A stretch of 63,576 nucleotides of DNA, filler included, from Trichomonas gallinae (GCA_008369845.1; 14 parts of 14 records of this genome joined end to end with filler, not necessarily neighbours in it); one strand, 5' to 3'. Positions 44,177 to 56,546 are shown, numbered from the whole stretch's first letter. The notes: generated from the letters alone by a model not told the origin. Numbers and translations are program-made.

Positions 44177-44776
44177 CTAGCAACAAGCTTTTTCTTCATC
44201 TTTTGGTTCTGATTTCTTCATATTTCTATTGGCAAGCTTGTTAGGACCTTTGTATTGATTTGCTGCATATTGAAATAGTTCATTTACGCCTTGTTTCGTT
44301 AATGCTGACGTTAAAAATGGTCCATGACCTTTGTATTTTTCTATTTCTTTTTCAAATTGCTCCATGAATTGTGTGTTTTGTTCAGATGAATGTAAATCAG
44401 ATTTCGTAAGAGCGAAAACTAATGTACAGTTTGGAACTTCTTCGCGGACTCTACCTACCCAGTTTCCGACCTCAGCGGTAGATTCCTTATCACCAGCTAC
44501 TGCGCAAATTAAAGCAACATCTGAATCTCTAAAGAATAACTTACTAATTGAGTGGTATCTTTCTTGACCTGCTGTATCCCATATCTGTAAACAAATAGTA
44601 AAACCGCTTTCCAGCTTTATATCGATACAAGAATAAGATGGAGCAACAGTAGGATTTGTCTGATATTCGAATTTTTGCTTAAAGAACGAAGCCAGCAGAC
44701 ATGTCTTTCCAACACCACTGTCGCCAACGAGAATAATCTTCAGTGTGGGCTTCCCAACTTGAGGTATTCCGGTCAT
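44177..44776 (-). CDS. Divergent Rab-family small GTPase
   Basis: GDSGVGKT, LQIWDTAGQERYHSI...FFR, TKSD, TSAL, C-terminal CC. First ATG is at 44776. Confidence 0.93.
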   Translation of the reverse strand: MTGIPQVGKPTLKIILVGDSGVGKTCLLASFFKQKFEYQTNPTVAPSYSCIDIKLESGFTICLQIWDTAGQERYHSISKLFFRDSDVALICAVAGDKESTAEVGNWVGRVREEVPNCTLVFALTKSDLHSSEQNTQFMEQFEKEIEKYKGHGPFLTSALTKQGVNELFQYAANQYKGPNKLANRNMKKSEPKDEEKACC

Positions 44777-45992
44777 CTTACAAAAAAAAAAAAAAAAAAA
44801 AATCAAACGATGATGTAAACTAAAATTTTTAATGCCAATGCGCTACAAGATGTACAGGCATTACGATAGTATAAAAATCCATTGAATTTCTAATTTGAGA
44901 GAGCTAATAGAAAATATTGGGATTTCCGATATCAGAAACGAAAATCGGCAAAAAAACACCACTACAGTGTTTTATGACATTATTGTAAAGCAGATACTTT
45001 TTATCAAAATTTTGTCATTTTGACAATTATTTCTGACATTCTGACAAATACATATACATATAGATCGCGTTATAAATATTTGTGGGTTCATATATCTGAT
45101 CATACCAGCAACATGCTAATCACTGAAATAAGCATTCTGACATTTACATCTAAAATGAGATCGCGAAATCCTTATTACACTCTATGCAATATTAAATATG
45201 ATAATCAAATATTATGAGGGTTTATGTAGCTAATTATACCAGCTGCATGCTCCTATGAAAAAAAAAAAATTGAAACTTTGAATAAATTTGAATCCAGTAT
45301 ACCGTATCACTCAAGACGCCACTAGACGCCACGAAATTCCAACACTTATAAAACTTGTATCATGAAGTTTACGTGAAACAATTTTGTTTTTAATATTGTA
45401 ATGCATGATGCATACTACAAGCTTTTCAAGTGTTAATATACTATTACTAATTAACTATCCAAGCATTATACTCATATTCATTCAATTGAATTTCTAAATA
45501 TAATATCTCAATCAGTTCCTTATAGCTGGTCATTCTGATATGTTACAATAATAGAAATATATCATCACGGATTTGTTCTTTTATTACTATTTGATGATGT
45601 TTGCAATTGAAAAGTACTTTCTGAGTTCTTTGACTTGCTAAATATTAACATATTGCCTGAGATAATGTTGCTGATTATATTACTCCATGAGAAAATTAAA
45701 AATAATTTTCAATTGAATTTAAAGTTTATGAGTTTTTTCAAGTGTCTTTCACAGTATTAGTACATTGAGGGAATGCACGACAATATTCGGTGAGTTCTGG
45801 GTATTATGACATTTCCCAATTTATCGCTGCTTCAATATGACCAGCCATTCAGATTTAACTTAATAAACCGCATGTGTAGACTTTAAGCAGATGTTTTATC
45901 ATAGCAATCAGACGAATTAATCAAGTTTTCATTTTTCATTTCCCTAACAAAAGTGACGTAAATTCTTCTTATCAATTGCTTATCCTGGGAAA

Positions 45993-46730
45993 ATGAAAGC
46001 GATGATAAACTCCCTTCGCAAAAAAGGCGGAATGGCGTGCTCAGAATTCCACCTTATAGAGGATAGTGATAAAATCATGCTTCCAATCGATGCAGATTGG
46101 TTGAGATTGCCATTGGCTGCATGGACACATGCAAAAGTAGCAAAAATGCCATCAAAACCGATATTAAGTGCAGTACACTTCTACTCTTCACCGGAGCCAG
46201 ATCCAGAAACAAAGAGAATTCTTGAAGAATATGTTAAACATTACAAAATAGACATTTTCTATGTCCACCACGAACAAGTTACAGACAGAAATTCTCTTTA
46301 TGCTATGTACATTGAGTACGCGGCTAAAAATGGATATAATAAAATAGCTGTTCCAGATTCAATTGAAGCAATGAATGCCATGATGCTCGCTACAATGTGT
46401 AAAGATGGAGTTCTTGATGGTCCAAATCCAAAACAAGAATATACTGTTGCTGAAAATACAAAAGTCTACATAATTCGTCCATTTTGCTACTGTTTAGATA
46501 AGAATATAGAAGAGTTTGTTAAGAAGTATGATTTAGAACTTCATCCAGGTGGAATTGATGTACCTGAAGAAAATGAAGTTACAGTAAGTCGTGGAGCACT
46601 TAACAGATTGTATAATGAGTCAGCCAATATCAATATTAACTTTTTCAGATCCCAATTCCAGATCCAAGAAAAATATATTGGTGGCGGTGATGGAGAAGTA
46701 CATGAACTTGGTGACTTTGAAGAGTTTTAA
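45993..46730 (+). CDS. TtcA/PP-loop-like protein with degenerate active site
   Basis: EFHLIEDSDKIML...LSAVH...YAAKNGYNKIAV...MLATMCKDGVLDGPNPK...YIIRPFCYCLDKNIEEF follows the TtcA scaffold. AAAAGTGAC upstream. Confidence 0.7.
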   Translation: MKAMINSLRKKGGMACSEFHLIEDSDKIMLPIDADWLRLPLAAWTHAKVAKMPSKPILSAVHFYSSPEPDPETKRILEEYVKHYKIDIFYVHHEQVTDRNSLYAMYIEYAAKNGYNKIAVPDSIEAMNAMMLATMCKDGVLDGPNPKQEYTVAENTKVYIIRPFCYCLDKNIEEFVKKYDLELHPGGIDVPEENEVTVSRGALNRLYNESANININFFRSQFQIQEKYIGGGDGEVHELGDFEEF

Positions 46731-47860
46731 ACTATGTATGCTAATATAATATTTTAATAATATTTGATTATTTTCAATATGATGAGTTCCTATCATGATT
46801 TACATGAGGAACATAGACGATATAGGACTCTTATACAAATACCCTCTTCTTCATATAAAATTCATTAGATAATTAAATTTGTAATGATTTAATTACAATA
46901 TTTCAGTAATTTAATGATAATAAAAGACAATATACAACTCATATATTACGCACAAACCAGTGCAATATTATGAACAACGCTTAAAAGATGATCAAACTCA
47001 AAAATCGGATTTAGATAACTTTGAACCCAAGTCATCAATCAATTCTATTGTTATTAACAAGATTTATATCCGAAATTAAACAGAAGACATATTTTGGAGG
47101 TAAATTTGAAAAAATACAGTTGAATTTTGATTACATATGAATTTATCGAACTCAATATTCCCGTTTGTGTCTATTTAATCGGTATTAGTAAGAACGAAGA
47201 CTACTGTATGAGCGACCCACAAAAGCTGCTTCATAAAATTTCGGAATACGTCACTTTTCGTGGGACTATCAATTTGAGTTTTCATAGTTTGCATAAGTGA
47301 TTCAATATCCACTTTGTCTGTTATTTCCGATGATCAACTTTTGGCGAGCTGATCATCTTAAAGTTCAAATCAATGTGATAAATCTTGCTAGTTTTCATTT
47401 TATTTTTGTAGATTTGGATATAACTATACAAGCAGTTCATAAATAGCCATGACATCGTTATAAATAAAAGTTACGATTGATAAAACTTGGTTTTGTTATA
47501 AATATGATAAAGAGCTTATGTCCATAATGTATACAAAAGTTTTATCATTATCAATTGTTTATTTTTTGAATGGTGTCTCAAAACTTAGGGAACAAATAAT
47601 GCTAAACATATGATTAGTTAAATATATCCTGAACAATGAGATAAATTTTTAATTGAACACAAAAATCGAAATTGCAAATTATTATTAACCATATATTTAT
47701 ATAGATTATTAAAACTTTAATCAACTATCAAAAATTGAAAATATATTGCGGTTGTTTATGTGGTACTCGTTGGGAATGGTCTATTATTTTTGCTGTTTTT
47801 ATCCAAATAAAAATATTTTTTATAAAGTTCTTGTTTTCAAATTTTTCTCAGAACAAAATA

Positions 47861-48709
47861 ATGAACAAACAAGAAGAGGAACTGTTTGAACTTGAGGGCT
47901 TAGAGTTTAAGGAAGTTCTCTGCTCCGACAAATTCACCAAATGCTTCCTTGTGCGATGGAAGAAATGCAATAATCTATACATAGTTAAGAGAGTTAAAAT
48001 GAATATTAACGAGCAAAAGCTAATGGAAGTACACAAGAATATCTACCATCCAAATATTATACACATATATAGGACTTGGGTATTGAAAAAGTATGCATAC
48101 TACCTTTTTGACTATATCAAAATTAACCTGCAAGCAGCTATACAGAAAAATGGCCCACTAGATGTCAATACTTTTGTAGTATATGCGTTTGATATGCTCA
48201 AAAGCTTGAACCACTGCCATGAAAAAGGATTCGCCGATCTTTCTCTCACGCCGAAGAAGTTCTTTATTGATAAATATAACAGAATACGTATGAGTCTATG
48301 CAGTATGTCATCTCGCAACAATACATACACATCAACATTTACGATGGATTCCAAAGATAAAAATGATATATACAATATGGGCCTGATTTTCTTCTTCATG
48401 ATCACCGGTAGGCTAATAGATGCTGGTAATACTGGTTACTTTGACTATGGCTCAGAGAATTCAAAAGTGCTTATTGATACAATGATTCCAGGCATTATTC
48501 CTAGTGAGATCAAGAATTTGATCAAGATGTGCCTAAATACATCGGCTGATTCTTCTGTTGAAGAGTTACTCAAACTTCCGATGTTTTCTTCTTTTGGTTC
48601 TTCAGTTTTATCAAGTGGAATAACAGCCCATTTTAATCCCAAATTTGGAGTTATTGATTTTCCTAAACCAATTCCAGTTGTAATTGGCTCGAGATGTTCT
48701 TATCCATAG
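47861..48709 (+). CDS. Protein kinase-fold protein, probable pseudokinase
   Basis: YIVKRV, HPNIIHIY, LNHCHEKG, DIYNMGLIFFFMITG, LIKMCL are present. GxGxxG, HRD, DFG and APE are absent. Confidence 0.85.
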   Translation: MNKQEEELFELEGLEFKEVLCSDKFTKCFLVRWKKCNNLYIVKRVKMNINEQKLMEVHKNIYHPNIIHIYRTWVLKKYAYYLFDYIKINLQAAIQKNGPLDVNTFVVYAFDMLKSLNHCHEKGFADLSLTPKKFFIDKYNRIRMSLCSMSSRNNTYTSTFTMDSKDKNDIYNMGLIFFFMITGRLIDAGNTGYFDYGSENSKVLIDTMIPGIIPSEIKNLIKMCLNTSADSSVEELLKLPMFSSFGSSVLSSGITAHFNPKFGVIDFPKPIPVVIGSRCSYP

Positions 48710-49740
48710 ATTTATTTTGTTTGTATTGGTAAACCTATATGTATGTATTAAATTAGTATTATGCTACAATTATTTACCCTGAAATTGATTTTCATCTTAG
48801 TCTTCAAAATAGTTAGAAAATATATTAAATATCATATCAACAATAGGCAAAGACCTATAATAATGAATGAAATAGGTGCAACAATCATATTGAAAATGAC
48901 ATATAAAATGTTTGACCTCTGCAGAATGAAAAGGCAAAATGTTATGAAAATTAAGGTTCTATGGATTAACCTTATCAAAAAAAGCACATCACAAGTGGTC
49001 ATTTTTAATAAATAAGATTTAGTTCCTCTCTTGCTATTAGGGAATATTGTATACTATCATGTTTACCTATCAGGTGAGTTCAGCTCTAATCACCTACATT
49101 AGTAGACTTCGAGCATCAACCTGGTGAGATTTTGACAAACGTGATCGCACAATATGCTTACATGGTTTATTCAAAGATGTCATTGACTTTTCAGTAACAC
49201 ACATTTCAAATAATGATTATTATTAACGAAAATTAGCTTATTACGAAAGGATCTTACGAAGGTTTCGATGCGGTACATCAAAAGTACGACCAAATTTAGG
49301 CTATAGATACAATAGGAACATAAAAGTCATATACTAGAAAATCTCAATATGTTATAAACAAGTTTATTTTACTAGCTAAGTTCAATTCCAATCACATAAG
49401 TTAGTAGACTTCAATTTTTAACATTGTGAAATTTGACTAATGTCAGAAGTTGGGTGTTAGTTTATTTAGGAACAAAAACAATGACTTTACTTTGCTATTC
49501 TCACATGGTACTGAATATGCCACTGACCTCTCAAAATTGTGGATGAATTTTACGATGCATTAGGGAACTAAGAGTCGCAAAGAAAATGGATGAGTCACAG
49601 TTGATATATTATATCTTCATTGTTGTTGTTTCTGTTATTTTCTTCATCATTTGTTTGTGTGGTCGCATGTCACTTTTTAATGTGAAAATTTTGAATTCTG
49701 ATGTTTATTTGGCCAAACGATTATTTTTAAAATTCGCGCT

Positions 49741-49989
49741 TTGCACAACCGGGCTTCTCTCTTCGACAGGTACCGGCCGATTGAAGAAATAGGCAAGGGA
49801 TGCTACGGGAGTGTTATGAAGGCAATAGACCGCACAACGGGCGATATTGTCGCTATTAAAAAAGTGAAAATTTTTAACCACAATCAAGCACTCCCACAAT
49901 CGTTTTACAGAGAAACATCCAATCTCCAAGCCCTCAAGCATCAAAATATCATTAACTTGAGGGAAGTTTTTCGCTCGCCATCAGAAGCT
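49741..49989 (+). CDS. CDK-like (CMGC) kinase, 5' fragment; no in-frame ATG before the Gly loop
   Basis: YRPIEEIGKGCYGSVMKAID..TGDIVAIKKVK...LPQSFYRETSNLQALKHQNIINLREV. Runs into the gap. Confidence 0.85.
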
Positions 49990-51433
49990 NNNNNNNNNNN
50001 NNNNNNNNNNNNNNNNNNNNNNNNNNNNNNNNNTTAATTAATTAANNNNNNNNNNNNNNNNNNNNNNNNNNNNNNNNNNNNNNNNNNNNTTGGATCAGAC
50101 ATAACTAAAAAGAAATGAACTGACTTGTTTTGCTTGATATAATTGAGAGATCAGGAAGAGAAAAATTTTCTTTCTTTTCCTCAAAAAATTAAACTCTCAG
50201 AAAATCAAAAATTTTCCATTGAAAACCAGAAAAATCGACCAATTAACAGCATAACACGCAGCGAAAACTCCTAAAGGAGAAAAACAGTGATGATTCATAA
50301 ATATTTTCTGCTCAAAATTTTCAAAATTGAGATGTTTACAATTTTTGTGAATATCTGATCAATGTTTAGATTTTATTCGAGTTGGCTTTGATTGTTGTAT
50401 TCTATACAATGTCACACATGGTTTATCACAGATCTCGAAAACAATTAAAAATTAATAATTAAAATCTTGAGTTTTCAGTATTTCCATTATTAAATAATCA
50501 AATAAATATAATATTTACGTAAATACAATCAATGAGTAAGAACTTAATTGTCAATTTGCAAATTGATCTTTTTCCTCACTCAATATTATTTGATAGCGAT
50601 TTCATGATGCATTCTTTGGATAGTGATTAATACAACACAACCAACTAAAATACATGTTATCGATAATTTATGTGACTAGATGATAAAAAATTATCAAAAT
50701 GAATATTTTTAATGAAAGAAAGAGATAATGAATGCATGCGTGCAGAGTAAAAAGTTCAATGTATATTTTAACCATAGAGCAACATATTCAGTATTGAACT
50801 GGTTTCCATTTTGGATAACAGGAATTGTCTGATCTGTTCTAGTATACATCCATATTGGAAAGTACCAGGATGATTCATGCATCAATAAATGCATTCATTT
50901 TCGTATCTGTTTCTTCATGGCGGAACAAACTTCTCACACAAAGGTCTATAAATCGATGATTCGTATATGTTGAAATAAGCTTGAATCCTGGAGCTCAGAT
51001 GTTCCATTTCTAACTGAGAGAAATGAATAAATTAAATTCATTCAGCTTCGTAAATGAATTCAAAATTGCAGAAGTTTCGGTCGATTTTGTTGTAGATTTC
51101 TCTAAGAATGGAATACTTTTGTGGATGTGTTTTGATTCCGAGAACTTAATCTTCTTTATCGAAAAAAAACTCTGTCGGATAAATTTTGATCAATATTCTT
51201 AAGGAACTGTTGAATTCCTTGTATTCATATCCACGAGGCTCATGTAGTCTTGCAATTAATTTTTTATGTCACTTCCTAAAGCAGCTCGAATTGAATAGTA
51301 TACCATACTTGTGCAATATCTCAACTTTTTTTTTTCAAAAATACACAAATGTTTGATTTAAATAATTCTATAGTTGGTTGTACACGTTAAAATATCTATT
51401 TGTAAAGTTACAACTCCTTGATTAAAAAAAAAT

Positions 51434-52501
51434 CTAGTCGTAATTTGAAAAATAAATGATCTTACTAGCTAAATTTCCCTGAATCCTCATTGATGACAAG
51501 CAACGACAAGAGTTGACTTGTTGTTTCAGCAACAAAGTCTTGTCGTCGCTGAGCAAATGAAAATTTATATATGGGTTTGCTTCGCATAAATTTGTTTCAA
51601 TGTGATGCAAAAGAAGAATAAACTTTGATGTCTTCATGTTATTAGTGTTAGCACCATCAAAGTTATCGTTTTGATCTGCACAAATACAATTAATGAGAGT
51701 TGTATAAACTGGATGTCCAAAAATTTTATTCGCTTTGTTTCCTTCAAGAATTGAGTTCTCTATTGAAAGTTGATTCGTATTTTGATCAATTAGAAAATTT
51801 GGAGTTTTGTTATTAATGATGTTTACAAACGACAATTTGTTGCGTGATGAAAATGGAGCAATTGCACAATCGAATGAAGCAGAGTTTTCGAAAAATGTCG
51901 AAAAGTTTGATATGGATTCTGTGTTACTATTCGAACTAAAGAGGCAGCAATCTCTATGGCTAAAACAATTAGAAACATTAATTTTGTTAAATAGAATTTC
52001 TCCAAACAAATGATGAAGATTGCCTGACCCGATTCTTTCCTTTCCGCAGCAAGAAATCGTGGAGTCGATGACGTAATTTTTGTAAGCTGGTGAATCCGAA
52101 TCTGTCACGCAAACATAAGAATGATGTCCACGATCTATTAGTCTATTTGCAGTGTTTTTTACTGAACAAATTCTGGATTGAACACATTCTCCATGGTTTG
52201 CAAAACGTAGACAATTGCCGTCGTCTCCGTTCGAACTGATATTGTTGAAAAAAACATCTTCGAGTAAAAGTTTTGTCAAATCTGAATCACTTAATAAGTT
52301 AACTGCACGTCTATTTAAATCGATAAATTGAGTGTAGTGGACATAGTATTGATGCCATCCAGAAAGAGATGTTCCGTTACTTTCGTTAAAATTTCCTTCA
52401 AAGAATGCACTCCAAGCTGTATTGAGTTCAGTGCCCAGAATGTAATGTTTATGTAGCGCATTGTCAATAAATATTCTTCCACCAAATGGAACAAAAAACA
52501 A
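51434..52501 (-). CDS. Same Cys/Ser/Asn-rich family as 39951-40976; open frame but no ATG (gene or pseudogene)
   Basis: Shared motifs TKLLLEDVFF, VQSRICS, KNYVIDSTISCCG, INVSNC, FSTF, LHHIETNLCEA. TTG at 52501 would give MFFVPF. Confidence 0.65.
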   Translation of the reverse strand: MFFVPFGGRIFIDNALHKHYILGTELNTAWSAFFEGNFNESNGTSLSGWHQYYVHYTQFIDLNRRAVNLLSDSDLTKLLLEDVFFNNISSNGDDGNCLRFANHGECVQSRICSVKNTANRLIDRGHHSYVCVTDSDSPAYKNYVIDSTISCCGKERIGSGNLHHLFGEILFNKINVSNCFSHRDCCLFSSNSNTESISNFSTFFENSASFDCAIAPFSSRNKLSFVNIINNKTPNFLIDQNTNQLSIENSILEGNKANKIFGHPVYTTLINCICADQNDNFDGANTNNMKTSKFILLLHHIETNLCEANPYINFHLLSDDKTLLLKQQVNSCRCLSSMRIQGNLASKIIYFSNYD

Positions 52502-52759
52502 AAACGAGAAAGCAGTATTTAATTGAAATTTAGTACTGGTAATGAGAGAAAGAAGTCGTATAGTATTCGTTATTTCGCAGATCAACTGATTTGAGAGAAA
52601 CTAATTTTGGAAGATTTTCTTGGCGTCGATTTTGAATTGATTTTTGGTTGGATTTTCANNNNNNNNNNNNNNNNNNNNNNNNNNNNNNNNNNNNNNNNNN
52701 NNTTAATTAATTAANNNNNNNNNNNNNNNNNNNNNNNNNNNNNNNNNNNNNNNNNNNNT

Positions 52760-53896
52760 AAAGTTGAAAGACAAGGAACAGAAGAAATTCCTATTAATCA
52801 GATTCCATTCTTCTCTTCAACAGATACAACAAAAACAAAATCATTGCGGGGTGTCAACACAGGCTATGCATTCTCATGGAAATATCTTGTCAAACCAATG
52901 GTATATACACAATTTTCTGCTCTTGTTGCAGCACATGATAAAGTTAAGACGCCACCAAGAGTCATCGATAATACCAATGTTTCATCAGTTCAAAAAGGTG
53001 AAAAGGTTAACCTCTCATTTATAATAAGAGATGCTGACCCTGGTGAGGATATTAGATTCAATGTCACAATTAATGGTAAAACTACATCTCACACATTCCA
53101 CAATAACGGAATACCTTATATATATACACATAATGAATCAATCGTAGTGAAAACGAACCTTTCATATTCAGTCATTGCTGAAGATATGGAAGAAGGTGCT
53201 AAATTGATTTCAAATAAAATATCTGGTGTAGTATATGCTACTGATGTGCCAAGGATTCATATGAACCCTATCAATAAGACATATGCCCAATACACTAAAA
53301 TGAAGCTGTCTGGATCCTTTGATGATAATGAGAATTTAGTCGATATTTATTATCAATTTTCTGATGGAGAATATAAAGGTCCAGTTCATTTTTTGAAAAC
53401 GCAGTTTAATTCTGGTCAACCTGGAGATAGAACATTTGCTCATATTATCCCTTTACCACCGGCATTAATTCCGAAAGAGAAACCATACAATATTACAGTC
53501 TGGGGATATGATTTAAATTATGTAAAATCCCAAGAATGGACCCAGGAATTTATTGTTCGACCATATGATCCACCAGCATTGGCAAAGGCCGGTTTGAGCA
53601 AGAAGATTGTCAATGTCGGCGACAGAATTCTCGGCTATGCATCGCTTAGAGATAATCAGAAGGATTATGTTGATATCTATGCCAAAGTTGGTACTACTAC
53701 CAATTCCCAACCGCAAAGAGTTCTACATTACGATAACTCAGCAAACCCTGGCAAAAAGGTGGCTCTTCCATTCTACTGGACAGTTCCTGAAGTCGAACCT
53801 GGAACATATGATATTATCTTCTATGCAGTTGACTCCGAAGGTCTTGACTCATTCAAGTCTAGAACTGAAACAGTTTTAATTAAAGCGCGGAAATAA
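52760..53896 (+). CDS. 3' part of a Bap-like/Ig-like repeat surface protein
   Basis: Frame open from the gap (KVERQGTEE...). TGYAFSWK, then ~100-aa beta-sandwich units (IRDADPGE, FDDNEN, ITVWGYD, IIFYAVDSEG). Confidence 0.8.
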   Translation, partial: KVERQGTEEIPINQIPFFSSTDTTKTKSLRGVNTGYAFSWKYLVKPMVYTQFSALVAAHDKVKTPPRVIDNTNVSSVQKGEKVNLSFIIRDADPGEDIRFNVTINGKTTSHTFHNNGIPYIYTHNESIVVKTNLSYSVIAEDMEEGAKLISNKISGVVYATDVPRIHMNPINKTYAQYTKMKLSGSFDDNENLVDIYYQFSDGEYKGPVHFLKTQFNSGQPGDRTFAHIIPLPPALIPKEKPYNITVWGYDLNYVKSQEWTQEFIVRPYDPPALAKAGLSKKIVNVGDRILGYASLRDNQKDYVDIYAKVGTTTNSQPQRVLHYDNSANPGKKVALPFYWTVPEVEPGTYDIIFYAVDSEGLDSFKSRTETVLIKARK

Positions 53897-54064
53897 AAGG
53901 ATGAATTAAATTTTTAGTCTCAATTTATTTGCAAGACAATGCAAAATATATTCATATATTGTATTTTAATTATTTATGAATTCATATCAATGCTCATTGT
54001 GCCAGATCTTAATTACACAACATATGAAAAACACTGCTTATTACAACAGTAAAATCATTCTTCT

Positions 54065-55830
54065 TTGGCATCAATAAATGCAATGACATTCACAACACAA
54101 AGAAAATTTTCAGGCCAACAGTCTTTGTATTATATCAACATTGATTCAGATGTTTGTGAGCTTGCAAATAATTTCCTCTCATTGTATCAAGGATCAACAT
54201 TGTTATATGCAAATATTGGTGACCACAGTGAACAAGAATCTAAAGATATCAAAAGGAGTTTCACGATTTATTCATTATGTGTCCCTGCAATTATATTCTT
54301 TTTATGCAATGTTGCACTTCTTATTTTGCACTCATTGACGTTGAAAGTTGAAAACAAGCTAAAAGAAATTATATCAACAACAGACTTGAAGACGAGAAAT
54401 GAAGCAAAAGATCCGATAATATTAAATCATCAGAAAGATGAAATCTGCATGACAGACTTTGGCAAGAAGAAGACATACAGAGTTTTTTTGGTATTTATGC
54501 TTGATGTTTTCTCTATGTACTTCTTCATAATAGTTAAACTCAACTCATGGTACAGAATATCCTGAAAGAATGATAAGATTTACAGTGCTTCTGAAAGAAT
54601 TAATGAATTGATTACGATACAATATGATAAAATGAGAAGCTCATTTTTCGTTCTAGCACTTTTCTTATTTGTAGAAATTTTCATTTGTGCTGCATTCGAA
54701 GTTGCATATTATAACAACAGAATATCATGCTACACTGCTGCACTTTACATTATTAAGCGCATCAATCCTTATTCATTGTTGAATAACAAAACTTTCAACC
54801 AGATGTTCATGAAGCACAATGATAGTGTCAAGAAAAGAAATGATTCCATTGAAGCGTCAATCATCAAGAATGCAAGAAACGCAATTTTCTGCACAAATCT
54901 CCATGGAATTGTTGAATCAGCAAATGCTTCATCAACAGAGTTGCTTGGATACACGCAAGAACAGATTTTTGGACAATAAATTCATTCTTCATTCAAGAAC
55001 ACAATGACATTGTCAGAGACAAGCTTGAGTCGATGAGACAAACTCAGTCATCACCGTATTTCGAAGATGATTTCGAGGTTCACTGTGTAATAATAGGAAT
55101 TGATTTAGTGTGAACCTCGAAATCTGACGCAGAAAAGCCAATAAGTGTTCACTGTGTAATAATAGGAATGAAAGAAAATAATGAATTAAATTCTTTCGTT
55201 ATCATTTTGCAGGACAACTCAGCTTTGGTTAAACAATAGAAAGAAGCAGAAATCGAAAAAGCAAAAAGTGAAAAACTTCTTTATCAGATTCTTATAAGAG
55301 ATATTGTTCTTCAACTCAACAAAGGAATCAAAGACACTAGTTTCAATGTTCAATTTGCTACAATTGTTTTCATCGACATCAACAAGTTCTCTGAGTATTC
55401 ATCCAACATGAGTCCTCATGACATCATGTCGAATATATCATATTATTTCGCTGAAATCGACAATATTGCAGCAAAATATAATATGATAAACAAAAGCAAA
55501 TTAATTGGAGATATATACATGGCAGCAACTGGACTTTTCAACCAAGAAGCACCACCAGAGAGTCATGCAGAACAAACAGTGAACTTCGCTTTAGAGTTTA
55601 TCGAGCATATATATGAAATTAACGCAAAATTAGGTTCTCATCTTGAAGATTTAATTCTGGAGGTCCTCTCATTGCTGGTGTTTTGGGAACAGACAAACCA
55701 TTGTTCGACATAATTGGCGATGCAATCAATTTTGCTGCTAGGTTGCAGTCAACATCTGAGCCGAACAGAGTACACATCAGCACAGCGACATGCGAACTCA
55801 TCAAACCGCTTCAGTTTAAGGGTGCACTTG
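54065..55830 (+). pseudogene. Transmembrane PAS-adenylate/guanylate cyclase pseudogene
   Basis: TM segments; PAS AIFCTNLHGIVESANASSTELLGY; SEKLLYQIL, ATIVFIDINKFSEY, KLIGDIYMAA, AGVLGTDKPLFDIIGDAINFAARLQST. Multiple stops, frameshifts and deletions. Confidence 0.92.
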
Positions 55831-56006
55831 CACGAAAACGGTTTTTATCGTCTTTTTTCATCCACGCTCATTTTTTAATCTCTAGACCTTTAGGAAACTT
55901 CAAAATNNNNNNNNNNNNNNNNNNNNNNNNNNNNNNNNNNNNNNNNNNNNTTAATTAATTAANNNNNNNNNNNNNNNNNNNNNNNNNNNNNNNNNNNNNN
56001 NNNNNN

Positions 56007-56137
56007 TCTGTTGATCTCGCTCGAGATCTAAACTTCGATGAATTTAGATTTCGAGCGAGATCAACAGAAATTGATGCAACTTGTCTGCAACAAAGCATTA
56101 TGTTATAATATGATGCTATGCCGCAGACAAGTGGCAT
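56007..56137. repeat. Two adjacent long inverted repeats (hairpins)
   Basis: 56007-56032 / 56043-56068 form 26-bp arms with one G-T pair. 56074-56137 is an imperfect ~28-bp stem (atgcaacttgtctgc/gcagacaagtggcat). Confidence 0.88.
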
Positions 56138-56180
56138 TTGCTCTTACCAATTTTTTTAAAAAGATGAAATCTTCATAAAA

Positions 56181-56254
56181 TGTCACTTTTGAATACTTTA
56201 CACGCCAAATCTGATGTGTAAACATGTCATTTTTCGTTCCGCATTTCGGTACAG
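56181..56254. repeat. Dispersed ~75-bp repeat, copy 1
   Basis: tgtcacttttgaa.actttac..g.caaatctga..tgtaaac.tgtca.ttttcgttccgcatttcggtacag; second copy at 58890-58964. Confidence 0.88.
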
Positions 56255-56546
56255 GACAGTCAAGACATCTCTTAAAAAGATGGCGATAAATTTTGATTTT
56301 AGAATTCAAAGAGTAAAGAAATTTTGTAGGAAAAATAGTCACTAAAAATATTACATAATGTCGATTAAATATTATTATTGAAACAAGTATATAAAATCTG
56401 AAAGAAAAAATGTGATTTTTATTTTGAATAGCGCATTTTTTTAGAAAATCCGACTTTGTAAAGCGTCAAATGTCAGATTGTCAAAAAGGAAGTTCTAGTT
56501 TACAATGTCAGATTTGAAAAAAGTGGCAGCTTACAAGGTTCGTTGT

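Noticed and set aside
50700..51260. Possible decayed gene on the minus strand
   Set aside because: Many stops in all frames and no recognisable motif.
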